From Pseudomonadota bacterium (lineage in GTDB: Bacteria > Bdellovibrionota > UBA1018 > CAIMNF01), in NCBI GenBank assembly GCA_027488515.1, contig JAIYBN010000004.1:177252-241251 (forward strand): DNA of 64,000 nt. Direction: 5' to 3'. A program made the translations under genes and the position numbers. The notes under the pieces are model-generated. The model was not told the origin of the DNA and made no database searches. It saw nothing but the letters and a program-made list of their open reading frames with translations. Below, in pieces: positions 44,070 through 57,020 of this stretch. Numbering within the stretch: position 1 is the first letter of the stretch; each line of letters opens with the position of its first letter.

Positions 44070-44762
44070 TCAGAAGACGAAGGGGCCGATCGGGGTTCCG
44101 CTGTTCAGGTACAGGTAGACCAGGGCGTTCAGGATCTGTCCGGTTCCGCCGGTTGCGCCGATTTGATTGGTCATCCCACCGTAAGGATTGTAGCCGCCGT
44201 AAGGGTTGTTCTGATTGAGAATGAGGTTCTGGTAGGCGCGGATGGCGATCGAGCTCACGCAAGGACCGGTGGTGTTGGTCGGCATACCGCCGTTCATTCC
44301 ACCGTTCATTCCGCCCCACATTCCGCCGGAGGCGTACATCACGGTTTGGATCACTGAAGGCGCGAGTTGGATCATGCCGGTGATGTTGGCTTGTCCGCTT
44401 TGATTGAGGGTCGCGCCGAGTTGAAGGGTTCCGTTTCCGCTCTGTTTGGGTTGGTACTGGATCATTCCCGCACCCATTCCGCCGAGAGAAGTTCCTCCCA
44501 TGGCCACTTGGCCGAACTGGCCTGCACCCGGGATGTTACCGGCGTAGAGTGCGCCCGTGTTCATGCTGGCATTGGTGGCGGAGAAACCGAAGGAACCGGT
44601 CTGCAGAGGAACGCACCCTCCTTGAGTCGGGATCTGTCCCATTCCGGTACCGTTCGTATTGAGACCGAACTGATTGTAGCTCAGGGGTTGAGCGTTTTGG
44701 CCACAGGCCGACAGAGCCAGGGCAGTCACAGCCAAACTGAAAAAGCGGGTAAAGGTTTTCAT
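44070..44762 (-). CDS. Gly/Asn/Met/Gln-rich low-complexity lipoprotein
   Basis: Start at the internal ATG 44762. Lipobox LALSACG. Repeats GGMNGGMNGGMP and NPYGGYNPYGG. Upstream is a roughly 190-nt AT-rich region with the near-palindrome GTATAAAATTTATAC (44934-44948). Confidence 0.55.
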   Translation of the reverse strand: MKTFTRFFSLAVTALALSACGQNAQPLSYNQFGLNTNGTGMGQIPTQGGCVPLQTGSFGFSATNASMNTGALYAGNIPGAGQFGQVAMGGTSLGGMGAGMIQYQPKQSGNGTLQLGATLNQSGQANITGMIQLAPSVIQTVMYASGGMWGGMNGGMNGGMPTNTTGPCVSSIAIRAYQNLILNQNNPYGGYNPYGGMTNQIGATGGTGQILNALVYLYLNSGTPIGPFVF

Positions 44763-44960
44763 AGTCCTCATTTCCTTTCGCATAAATGAACTCTCTATCC
44801 GAGTAAGGTGCAAGAGGGGTGCCAATGGGTGATCGAATGAGTTCTGTAATTCAAGTTATTGGAATCATTGATTAATTAAACGAGCCGATCCGAAGCTGAT
44901 CCAAACGAGACCCCAGATGGGTCCCTGAGGAGCGTATAAAATTTATACACCTGTCGGGTT

Positions 44961-45980
44961 TCAGTTGGGCAGAAGGCGATCGAGAGCTGGAAAGAGATCT
45001 TCCGGCCTGGAGCTCGCACGGAGACCTTTCGAGGAGAGGAAGGCCGGATTGTACACCTTGGAAACATACTTCTGGCCCGAGTCACACAGGATCGAGACCA
45101 CCCGTTTCCCCGGCCCGAGAGTTTTTGCAAGCAGGTAGGCTGCGCAGAGATTCGCGCCGGACGAGGTTCCGAGAAAGATCCCTTCCTTTTGGACAATGTA
45201 ATGAACCATGTTCAAGATCGTTTGATCGTCCACCCTGTGGGAGACATCGACCTGGCAGGGGCGGACGTTCGCCGTCACAGCGCCTTGGCCGATTCCCTCG
45301 GTGATGGACTCCCCCGGGCTCACTTCAGCGACTCCACTGGTGAAGTACGAGTGCATGGCCGATCCGACCGGGTCCACACAGCCGATTTTCACGGCCGGGT
45401 TCTTCTCCTTCAGGTACATCGAGACACCGGCAAGAGTGCCGCCCGATCCGATCGCACAAGCGAAACCGTCGACAGTCCCATCCGTCTGGTTCCAGATCTC
45501 GGGACCGGTGGTGCGATAATGTGCGAGGTAATTGGCCTCGTTCTCGAACTGGTTGATGTAGTAGGCGCCTTCTTCTTCGGCCATCCGTGCGGCGATGATC
45601 CGGTAGTTCTTGGGATCAGGATAGGGGGCGGGAGGGACCACGAGCACTTCAGCGCCCATGCCTCTCAGGGTGTCGACTTTTTCCTGGGATTGGGTGCTCG
45701 GAACCAGGAGCTTCACATTGTAGCCCTTGATGTTACCGATCAGGGCCAGTCCGATCCCGGTATTCCCGGCGGTGCCTTCGATGATGACCGAGCCGGGTCG
45801 GATCAGACCCTTCTTCTCGGCATCTTCGATCATGCCGAGAGCCGCCCGGTCCTTGACCGAGCCGCCCGGGTTCATGAATTCGGCTTTACCGTAAATCTCA
45901 CAACCGGTCAGCGAGGACAGGGACTTCAAGTGGATCAGAGGAGTGTTTCCGATGCTGGAGATGAAATCTTTTTTTTCCAT
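44961..45980 (-). CDS. cysK: cysteine synthase (O-acetylserine sulfhydrylase, PLP-dependent)
   Basis: PLP-lysine region GNTPLIHLKSL...NPGGSVKDRAALGMI. GTAGNTGIGLA and SGGTLAG motifs. Start at ATG 45980 with RBS GAGGAAGG. Confidence 0.8.
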   Translation of the reverse strand: MEKKDFISSIGNTPLIHLKSLSSLTGCEIYGKAEFMNPGGSVKDRAALGMIEDAEKKGLIRPGSVIIEGTAGNTGIGLALIGNIKGYNVKLLVPSTQSQEKVDTLRGMGAEVLVVPPAPYPDPKNYRIIAARMAEEEGAYYINQFENEANYLAHYRTTGPEIWNQTDGTVDGFACAIGSGGTLAGVSMYLKEKNPAVKIGCVDPVGSAMHSYFTSGVAEVSPGESITEGIGQGAVTANVRPCQVDVSHRVDDQTILNMVHYIVQKEGIFLGTSSGANLCAAYLLAKTLGPGKRVVSILCDSGQKYVSKVYNPAFLSSKGLRASSRPEDLFPALDRLLPN

Positions 45981-45991
45981 GGTTCCCTTCC

Positions 45992-46828
45992 TCATGCCGG
46001 AACGAAATACAATACAGTGAAAAAGACCGCTACCAGGATGTTCAGCCACTGGAAGGTCTTGAAGGTGGTTTCAGACAAGGTCTTCTGGAGGTGCTCGAGA
46101 CCGATCCAGAACACGCTGAAGCTCAGGACCAGAATCGCGAGAGCGTTCAATGCTCCGAGCTGCTCGAATGCCGATTTCAGACCGGTGTGCCCCAGCAGTC
46201 CGATCGTTTGGAACACCAGGTGGAGTCCTAGCGTCAGCATCGAGTACTTGAAAACAGCTTCGTAATGATAATTCGTGAGGGCGAATCCGATCCAGAGGAG
46301 TCCGATGAGTGAAAATGCAGGGTGGGCGCAAAGCAAGGTGACTCCCGCGATGAGCAATCCGTGGAACAGCTTCAGATGGTTCAAGCCGAAGATGCGTTTG
46401 TTCCACCGATGGGAGAACCGGAAGAGGAACGCGAGTACCAGCGACAGCCCACCTGCGATCAGGGGATGGGAAAGATTCTCATTCTCCTGGATGAGGGGAC
46501 GGACAAAATGAGAAACGAGAAAGGAAGGGATGAAGACGAGGGAAAGAAAAATCAAGGTGTGTTGGTCGAGGGTCCTGCGATCAGGTCTCAGGCTGAAAGG
46601 ACGTGCGATGGTGGTCAGTCCGGCTGAAATCATTCCGAGCCAGTCGTAGCGGAAAAAAACCAGGAAGGCGATCGATCCTGTCAGGAGGACCAGGAATTCG
46701 AGTTCCTGGACCGGAAGGGACCAGTGGAGCAGTCGGTGGGCCAAGCTCTCGTTGATGGCCGGTGCCAGCGGGATGAGCCGGGTGAGGGCGAGGAAGAGTG
46801 CTTCCATCAAAACCTGGAATGTAGTCAT
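45992..46828 (-). CDS. uppP: undecaprenyl-diphosphate phosphatase
   Basis: 8-TM BacA/UppP-like protein. The stop lies 12 nt before the cysK start. Confidence 0.7.
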   Translation of the reverse strand: MTTFQVLMEALFLALTRLIPLAPAINESLAHRLLHWSLPVQELEFLVLLTGSIAFLVFFRYDWLGMISAGLTTIARPFSLRPDRRTLDQHTLIFLSLVFIPSFLVSHFVRPLIQENENLSHPLIAGGLSLVLAFLFRFSHRWNKRIFGLNHLKLFHGLLIAGVTLLCAHPAFSLIGLLWIGFALTNYHYEAVFKYSMLTLGLHLVFQTIGLLGHTGLKSAFEQLGALNALAILVLSFSVFWIGLEHLQKTLSETTFKTFQWLNILVAVFFTVLYFVPA

Positions 46829-46937
46829 GATTTCCCGACCTTATCATGGAGTCGGCCACGGATATCAAAAAAAACACTTACAGAAGACTTACGTTGCGTT
46901 GCTTCAGCTTTCCGGTGGTTTGTGGTCTCCTGAGTCC

Positions 46938-50297
<3,360 letters not shown>

Positions 50298-50301
<4 letters not shown>

Positions 50302-51545
50302 GCCGCGCGGTCATCAGTCGTTTATTCCGTTCTCTTTACTTCTGGGTGATCTTCGCCATTGTGGGTGGGGCTTTGCTCGGAATCCTTTCGCCATCGACCG
50401 GTGCCGCTGTCCATCCTTTGGCTGACGGATTCGTCAGGATCATCAAGTTGTTGGTGGGGCCGGTGATCTTTTGTTCGGTGGCCCTCGGAATCGCAGGAGC
50501 AGAGAGTAAAAAAGAGGCCGGCAGGATCGCTTTCAAGGCTTTCATTTATTTTGAATTGGTTTCGACCTTCGCTCTCGCCATCGGTCTTGCCGTTGCGAAC
50601 CTGCTGAAGCCCGGCGCCGGGTTCCCGCTGGACCCGACTCGCTTGGATGCGAGCCTGGTGTCCGCCTACACCTCTCCCCGGGGCCATCTCCTGAATCCGC
50701 TTCAGGGTGTGAACCTGATCCAGGTCTTGGTGCTTTCGATTGTCTCGGGAGTGGCTCTCCTCTTCGCTCCCGGAAGTTTCAAGGCCCGCGCTGTTTCAAA
50801 ATTGAAAAAGTGGAACCATACTCTTTTCGGCTGGATGGGGAAAGTGATGCTCCTGGCTCCCATCGGTGCCGGAGCCGCCATGGCTTACACCACGGGTAAG
50901 TTCGGTGCCGACTCCCTCCGTCCACTCCTGTTCCTCATGTTTTGTTTTTATCTGACCTGTGCCTTGTTCATTCTCGGTGTGCTCGGCGCGATCGCCCGGG
51001 TTTGCGGATTTTCGATTCTATCTTATCTCCGTTATCTCAAAGCCGAGATCCTCCTGGTGCTCGGGACTTCTTCTTCCGAGAGCGCTCTGGCACCTCTCAT
51101 GGAAAAGCTCGAGAGACTCGGCTGTCCCAGAACCGTCGTGGGCTTGGTGGTTCCGACCGGGTATTCCTTCAATCTCGACGGGACCAACATTTACCTGACT
51201 TTGGCTGCGGTGTTCATCGCGCAGGCTTTCGGCATCGAGCTTTCGCTCGGACAACAGCTGGGGATCCTGTTGGTGGCGATGGTGTCATCGAAGGGAGCTT
51301 CCGGCGTCACAGGGGCTGGGTTCATTACCCTGGCTGCGACCCTGGCCATTGTTCCCGAAATTCCGGTCGCCGGCCTCACTTTGATTCTCGGGGTGGACCG
51401 CTTCATGTCCGAGGCCCGGGCACTCACGAACATGCTCGGAAACGGGATTGCGACTCTGGTCATCGCCCGTTGGGAAGGCAGGCTCGACTCCGCCCGAATG
51501 AATGAAGAATTGGGTCATCCGCACCGGGCCATGCTCGATGCCTGA
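50298..51545 (+). CDS. dicarboxylate/amino acid:cation symporter (DAACS; GltP/DctA-like)
   Basis: ATGA overlap upstream. 8+ TM helices with reentrant loops. Characteristic GTSSSESALAPLM and VDRFMSEARALTNMLGN regions. Confidence 0.85.
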
Positions 51546-51993
51546 AGGCCTGTGGGTTTTGGGCCTCGCCGGGATACTCGGGTTCGCCTCTTGGCGAGCC
51601 GGAGAAGTTTCGGTGTTCATGCGGTCCTGGATTCCCTCGTGGAGGTTCTTTGAGAACACGGGGAACCTTCCGGTGTTCGAGTTCTCCTGTGACGGGGATT
51701 CCGTGGCTGACCGCTGGAGTCCTGTGCCGAATCCGACCGGGTCCGGTAAGGCCCGCTTGCTTTACAGTCCCGGCTCGAATTCTTTCCATGCTTTTGAAAC
51801 GCTGGTCCTCGATTTTGCATTGAACCCTTCCCATGAAGATCTGGTGTCCTGCCTGGTCGATGAAGGGGTGAGGAGGGTCCTGGCGTTTCATCCTGATACG
51901 AAGACGATCCGGTTCAAGGTGAGCTGGACGGATCACGAGGGGACCTTTTCGGATCCGGTTTGGGAGGGCGTGTGGAATTCACCCAACTCCTGA
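51538..51993 (+). CDS. hypothetical protein (possibly the 5' part of a frameshifted gene)
   Basis: ATG inside the gltP stop region. 151 aa. Overlaps the next ORF by 34 nt in a different frame. Confidence 0.35.
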   Translation: MPEGLWVLGLAGILGFASWRAGEVSVFMRSWIPSWRFFENTGNLPVFEFSCDGDSVADRWSPVPNPTGSGKARLLYSPGSNSFHAFETLVLDFALNPSHEDLVSCLVDEGVRRVLAFHPDTKTIRFKVSWTDHEGTFSDPVWEGVWNSPNS

Positions 51994-52745
51994 TCAGGAT
52001 CCAGGAAATGCTTCTTGCGGTCTCTTTGACGGTCCAGAGTGTGGAGTTCCTGTTTGCAGGGGACGGGATGGGGTTCATCCCCCGTTTTTCGAGGTTCCCG
52101 ACTTGGATCCGTTCGCCACTCAGGGTTCTTTGTACTCCGGGCGTTTTCAGGCTCATGCACGGGGTGAGGGCGGTAGCGGCCCTCGGCTTGATGATTCTGC
52201 CTGGAAATCTGGCACTGATGGGAGTGTTGATGGCGCTCCAGATCCTGTTGCCGTTCAGGCATCGCGGCGCATACAACGGCGGGAGCGATTTCATGACCGC
52301 ACAAGTTCTCGGGGGGACGTTCTTGATGACCGTGTTCTCCGCACATCCTGGCCTGGTCCGTGCGATCTTCTGCTATCTCGGCTTTCAGACGGTCTTTTCG
52401 TACTTTGTGTCCGGCCTGGCCAAAATACGGCATCCCGGTTGGAGGAGTGGTGAGGCTCTTCAGGGATTCTTGAGAGTCAATCGTTACGGAACTCCGGATT
52501 GGATTCTCGGATTGCTCCGGCTCCCCGGCTCGGCGAAAGCCATGGCCCGAGCGGTCCTCTTCTTCGAGGTTCTGTTTCCTCTGTCGTTGGCGGGTCCGTG
52601 GCCTGCGTGGATCTTCATGTCGTCAGGAATGGGGTTCCATTATCTCGTGTTCCGGATTTACGGGCTCAATCGTTTTTTCTGGGCTTGGATCTCGGCCTAT
52701 CCCGCTCTTTACTTTCTTTCGATGCAACGGTGGATTGCGCCATGA
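51960..52745 (+). CDS. hypothetical polytopic membrane protein
   Basis: 261 aa with about 6 hydrophobic helices. No secure family assignment. Confidence 0.45.
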   Translation: MGGRVEFTQLLIRIQEMLLAVSLTVQSVEFLFAGDGMGFIPRFSRFPTWIRSPLRVLCTPGVFRLMHGVRAVAALGLMILPGNLALMGVLMALQILLPFRHRGAYNGGSDFMTAQVLGGTFLMTVFSAHPGLVRAIFCYLGFQTVFSYFVSGLAKIRHPGWRSGEALQGFLRVNRYGTPDWILGLLRLPGSAKAMARAVLFFEVLFPLSLAGPWPAWIFMSSGMGFHYLVFRIYGLNRFFWAWISAYPALYFLSMQRWIAP

Positions 52746-52770
52746 TTCGGATTCCGTTTATACTGATTCC

Positions 52771-54120
52771 ATGGTGAAAAAGAGTCCTTACAGGGTTTCG
52801 GCCCGGTTCAAGGAAATCCTCGAAGTTCTGGTCCGGGCCCGGAAAGAAGGGTTGAACCATCTCTGGAAATCCAACCGGCGCAAACTGGTACCGCTGACCA
52901 TCACCCAGATCAATCCGAACGACAATCTCATCCGGGTGGCGATCGATCCCCGTTCCGACCTGAAAGTCCAGTCCGGGGATACCGTTTACCTGAAGCTCGA
53001 GATCCGTGATTCCGCATTCAAAACCGAGGTGGTGGGGGTCGACGGCGATCAGCTGATGCTCCACTTTCCGGATGAAATCGCGCTGACGGAAAACCGGGCC
53101 GAGAAACGCGTTTACTTCCATCCGACCGACCAAAAACAGGTCCTCGCCCGGAAGATCAAGAATGTGAGTTCACCGGTGGCGGCAAGGTCCATTTCCGCCA
53201 CTCTCGCCGACATCAGCCAGACCGGGATGGCCCTCATTCTCAGTCCTCAACAATCGAACGTGATCCAGCTTCGAGACCGGGTCAGTCTCGAGATGCTCGG
53301 ACCATACCGGATTCATCCTCCGATTCATGGAGAGATCGTGTTCAAGATCGAGCATCAGTCAAGAGGGGCCCTCGGCGGCCTCGAGGTCGGTTCCAAGGTC
53401 GGAGTCCACCTGGAGCGCAGGATCCCCAAGGCGACCTATGACGCATTTTGCGTCCGGGACAGTGCATTCGATGTTTCCGATCCCCAATTGGTCCGGGATC
53501 AGGCTTTCCGAAGTGACGTCAGTGAAAAAATGGATTCCTTGGTCAAGCGGATGCGCAAGCGGAAGGGTGGAGCGACCCTGATCCAGCGATTCGAGAAGGG
53601 TAGCAAGAACTCCCCTTATTTGAAGAAACACGTGGAGCTGCTCTGTGAGGTGATGTGCGGACTCGGGACCCGTTTGGGTTGGGTGTCGAGTGCCACTCTC
53701 GACAAGTTGATCTATATCGCTTACCTGCATGATGCCCGTTATTTCGCATTGCCGGCCTTGGCCCGGATCCGTGACCTGCGGGAATTTCAAAAGGTTTTCG
53801 GGACGCTGAGTGCGGAAGAACAGCGCGCGTACCTTGAGGGTCCGGCTTATGCCGCTGAATTGGCAAGGCAGGACAGCGAGTCTCATCCGGATGCTGCGAA
53901 GATCCTCCTTCAGCAAAAAGAACTCCCGGATGGTTCCGGATTTCCGGGCAGGTTGACCGGATCCCAACTGTTGCCTCTGAGTTGCCTGTTTCTGGTGAGC
54001 CACGCGTTTGTGGATTACGTGTACGATCATCCGGATTGGAGTGTTCAGGATTTCGTGAAGACACACCGGAAGATCTACAAGGGGACTTATTTCCAGAAGA
54101 TCTTCCAAGCCATGATCTAG
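52771..54120 (+). CDS. YcgR-like PilZ-domain protein fused to a degenerate HD-GYP-like domain
   Basis: PilZ c-di-GMP motifs RAEKR (RxxxR) and DISQTG (DxSxxG). The C-terminal HD domain (YLHDARY) has ELPDGSGFP in place of HHExxDGxGYP, with no HHE. ATG 52771 preferred over the upstream TTG. Confidence 0.7.
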   Translation: MVKKSPYRVSARFKEILEVLVRARKEGLNHLWKSNRRKLVPLTITQINPNDNLIRVAIDPRSDLKVQSGDTVYLKLEIRDSAFKTEVVGVDGDQLMLHFPDEIALTENRAEKRVYFHPTDQKQVLARKIKNVSSPVAARSISATLADISQTGMALILSPQQSNVIQLRDRVSLEMLGPYRIHPPIHGEIVFKIEHQSRGALGGLEVGSKVGVHLERRIPKATYDAFCVRDSAFDVSDPQLVRDQAFRSDVSEKMDSLVKRMRKRKGGATLIQRFEKGSKNSPYLKKHVELLCEVMCGLGTRLGWVSSATLDKLIYIAYLHDARYFALPALARIRDLREFQKVFGTLSAEEQRAYLEGPAYAAELARQDSESHPDAAKILLQQKELPDGSGFPGRLTGSQLLPLSCLFLVSHAFVDYVYDHPDWSVQDFVKTHRKIYKGTYFQKIFQAMI

Positions 54121-54142
54121 GAGAGTTGACCGGGGTCGGAGA

Positions 54143-54219
54143 TGGTGGCTCGGGGCAGACTTGAACTGCCGACCCCCGCGTTATGAATGCGGTGCTCTAA
54201 CCAGCTGAGCTACCGAGCC
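54143..54219 (-). tRNA. tRNA-Met (elongator, anticodon CAT; tRNA-Ile2/lysidine not excluded)
   Basis: The reverse complement GGCTCGGTAGCTCAGCTGGTTAGAGC ... TTCATAA ... GGTTCAAGTC ... CCGAGCC-A-CCA gives 77 nt with normal 1:72 pairing. Confidence 0.85.
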
Positions 54220-54278
54220 TCTCAAGAATGGGAATAGGGTAGTTTTTAACTGGAAACGCCCCCCACGGCAAGTCCCTT

Positions 54279-55250
54279 TTAGGGACGTTCTGCAAACCGG
54301 TCGGTCGCCGCCACCAGTGCCCGGGCGTTTCCGGGCTCCCGGGAGGCGTGCCCGGCGTCCGGGGTCAGGTGGAGTCTGGCCTCCGGCCAGGCCCGGTACA
54401 GGTCCCAAGCGCTCTTGGGAGGGCAGACCACGTCATAGCGACCTTGAACAATGACCGCAGGGATGTGGCGGATCCGGTCCACACGTTTCAAGATCCAGTC
54501 ATCTTCGGGGAAGAATCCACCGTGAATGAAATAATGGCATTCGATCCTCGCGAATTTGATCGCGAACTCGTCCGTCACAGCCGATTCGATCACTTCTTTC
54601 GGCGTGTGGAGTCTGGAGGTGGACATTTCCCAGGTGGTCCAGGGGCGGGCGGCTGCCACCCTGACCGTCGGATCCGGATCGGTCAGTCGACGATAGTAGG
54701 CCTTCACGAACTCCCCGCGTTCCGACTCGGGAATATGGTCCCGATAGGGCTCCCAGGCGTCCGGGAACATGAAGGAGGCCCCTTCCTGGTAATACCAGTC
54801 GATCTCCTGCTTCCGGATCATGAAAATTCCGCGGAGGACGAGCTCGGTGACCCGGTCGGGATGCTCGATGGCGTAGGTGAGGGCGAGAGTGCTGCCCCAC
54901 GAACCTCCGAACACCATCCAGCGCTCGAGCCCGAGGTGCTCCCTCAATTTTTCGATGTCCCGGACCAGGTCCCAGGTCGTGTTTTCATCCAGATTTGCGG
55001 CAGGGGTGCTTTTCCCCGCACCTCGCTGATCGAACAGGATGATTCTGTACCGGTCGGAATTGAAGAACCGCCTGTCCTGGGGGCCGCAACCGCCCCCCGG
55101 GCCCCCGTGGATGAAGACCACGGGCTTTCCGCGTGGATTCCCACACTCTTCGAAGTACAAAGTGTGAACCGGTGAAACGGCAAGAGTGCCGGTCCGGTAG
55201 GGTTCGATCTCCGGATAAAGCCAGGTCTGTGGGTCGGGAATCATTTCCAT
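54279..55250 (-). CDS. pip: proline iminopeptidase (S33 alpha/beta hydrolase)
   Basis: GGPGGG region, nucleophile GGSWGSTLAL, and length and spacing typical of Pip. Confidence 0.85.
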   Translation of the reverse strand: MEMIPDPQTWLYPEIEPYRTGTLAVSPVHTLYFEECGNPRGKPVVFIHGGPGGGCGPQDRRFFNSDRYRIILFDQRGAGKSTPAANLDENTTWDLVRDIEKLREHLGLERWMVFGGSWGSTLALTYAIEHPDRVTELVLRGIFMIRKQEIDWYYQEGASFMFPDAWEPYRDHIPESERGEFVKAYYRRLTDPDPTVRVAAARPWTTWEMSTSRLHTPKEVIESAVTDEFAIKFARIECHYFIHGGFFPEDDWILKRVDRIRHIPAVIVQGRYDVVCPPKSAWDLYRAWPEARLHLTPDAGHASREPGNARALVAATDRFAERP

Positions 55251-55933
55251 GCCTCCAGGTAATAAGCGCGCAGGGCCTCGATCAGAAACTGTTTGATCTC
55301 GGTGCGGATGTTCTCATTGAGGCCGGCGAAACGGGTGCCCGAACCTTTGTCGGTCCGATGGGTCAGGGTGGCTGTGAATTCAGTGGTGCTGATCACCCAT
55401 CCGTTCACCAGCAACTCGCAGCCAGTGAGTTCGTGGAGTTTGCGACTCTGATCCGGCGTCATGAGGATCCTGGCACCTCCGACACTCAGATCTTCGATGG
55501 CGAAGGTTCCCTCGTTCGTCCTGAGTTTCCCGACGCCACGGGCGAGAGGAACCCGAAGAGCTCCGCGCTTCTGCTGCTTGTAGAGTTCCTTTGGAAACCG
55601 GTAGTGGTAACTCCCGTCGGGAAGTCGCCGGACCGCCTCCGCACGGAATACCAGTTGTGTCGTGAAGAGACTGACTTTGAAATAACTCCGTAGGCCCGCA
55701 CCCGATCCGGTCCTCTGATGAAAACTGTCTGATAGGGAATCCCACTTCACAGTGAACGCTTGACGCTGGGGATTCCATTCGGTGATCCGCCCGGTGAGGA
55801 CTTCGTGCGAACCCTCGAGGCTCACCTCGGTCTTGGGTTTGATTTTGACGAGTTCCTGAATCAGACGGGTGCGTTCTTGGGGGTCCTCGACTTGGGTGAA
55901 GCTCGGCGCTTCGTGGACTCTTCTCGTGCTCAT
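55241..55933 (-). CDS. YcgR-like PilZ-domain c-di-GMP receptor
   Basis: RGALR (RxxxR) and DLSVGGARI (DxSxGG) motifs in the C-terminal half. PilZN-like N-terminal half. 230 aa. Confidence 0.75.
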   Translation of the reverse strand: MSTRRVHEAPSFTQVEDPQERTRLIQELVKIKPKTEVSLEGSHEVLTGRITEWNPQRQAFTVKWDSLSDSFHQRTGSGAGLRSYFKVSLFTTQLVFRAEAVRRLPDGSYHYRFPKELYKQQKRGALRVPLARGVGKLRTNEGTFAIEDLSVGGARILMTPDQSRKLHELTGCELLVNGWVISTTEFTATLTHRTDKGSGTRFAGLNENIRTEIKQFLIEALRAYYLEAWK

Positions 55934-56919
55934 GCATCCTCCGAATGATGTGCTGTTTCATGGGCCAACAAGGCGGCTCCGATCATTCCCGCTGAATCGC
56001 CGATCCTGTGTTTCAGGATGGAGGGCGGATTCTCGGTCAAAAAACAGGTTTCCTTGAGACGCTCCTCCAGGCCTGCATAGAGGCGATCCTGGGTACTGAG
56101 CCCGCCTCCGAGAACAATGACGTGTGGGTCGAGGATATTCGACACATTGGACAGGAAGGTGGTGAGGTCCTCGCGGTAGGACTCCACAGTGGCCAAGGCG
56201 AATGGATTCGCTTCATCGAGTCTCCGGAATATCTCCCTTGCCGACAAGCGTTCCTTGCCGGAAGTCCGCGCGAAATAAGATTGCTCGAGTCCTCCTCCGG
56301 AAAGGTACTGTTCGGCACATCCGAGTTTCCGGCAGTAGCAAGGACGGCCCGACGGGAACAGAGTGGAGTGCCCGATCTCACCGGCCCCGCCCCGTTTGCC
56401 ACGGATGAGTCGCCCGTTCATGATGATGCCCCCTCCGACACCTGTCCCGAGGGTCACGCCCAGCATGCAGAGGTCTTCCTGACGGATGCCGTTCCGCCCG
56501 GCCCATTCGGCACCGGCTCCGAGCCTCGCCTCGGCCAGGGCAAAACAGTTGGCGTCATTTTCGAGTGTCGACGGTCCCAGGTCCGGAAGCGCGGTTTCAA
56601 AAACCTCTTTCAAGGTGAGACCCGAGAGAAAAGGGATGCTGGATTGGGAAAGGACACCGGTTCGGGGGTGAAGCGCACCCGGAACACCGATTCCGGTACC
56701 ACGGACATTTGCCCGCCCGAGCCCCTTTTCTTCGAGCAAACGGTCGATTTGGTGGGAAAGGCGCTTCAAAAACGAATCCAGGCCCGAATTGGGCTCTGTC
56801 GGAAAGCGCTGGGAACCGAGGACTTCATGGGTGTCCGGCTGCGCACCTGCCGACAAACGAACCAGACAGAGCTCCGTTTTGGTCCCGCCGATGTCCAGTC
56901 CGAGGAGTGTGTCCCGCAT
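55930..56919 (-). CDS. ROK-family sugar kinase (glucokinase / N-acetylglucosamine kinase-like)
   Basis: N-terminal LGLDIGGTK ATP-binding motif. ROK Cys-rich zinc motif region (CYCRKLGCAEQY). 329 aa. Confidence 0.8.
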   Translation of the reverse strand: MRDTLLGLDIGGTKTELCLVRLSAGAQPDTHEVLGSQRFPTEPNSGLDSFLKRLSHQIDRLLEEKGLGRANVRGTGIGVPGALHPRTGVLSQSSIPFLSGLTLKEVFETALPDLGPSTLENDANCFALAEARLGAGAEWAGRNGIRQEDLCMLGVTLGTGVGGGIIMNGRLIRGKRGGAGEIGHSTLFPSGRPCYCRKLGCAEQYLSGGGLEQSYFARTSGKERLSAREIFRRLDEANPFALATVESYREDLTTFLSNVSNILDPHVIVLGGGLSTQDRLYAGLEERLKETCFLTENPPSILKHRIGDSAGMIGAALLAHETAHHSEDA

Positions 56920-57020
56920 GGGCTGATTATATGCTAATCCCTTGGAATTGCCCCTCTTTTATTGGATTGCGCATCGCTTTCAAATGCATTATCTTCCGGG
57001 GAACCGTACCTGGGGGGGAT

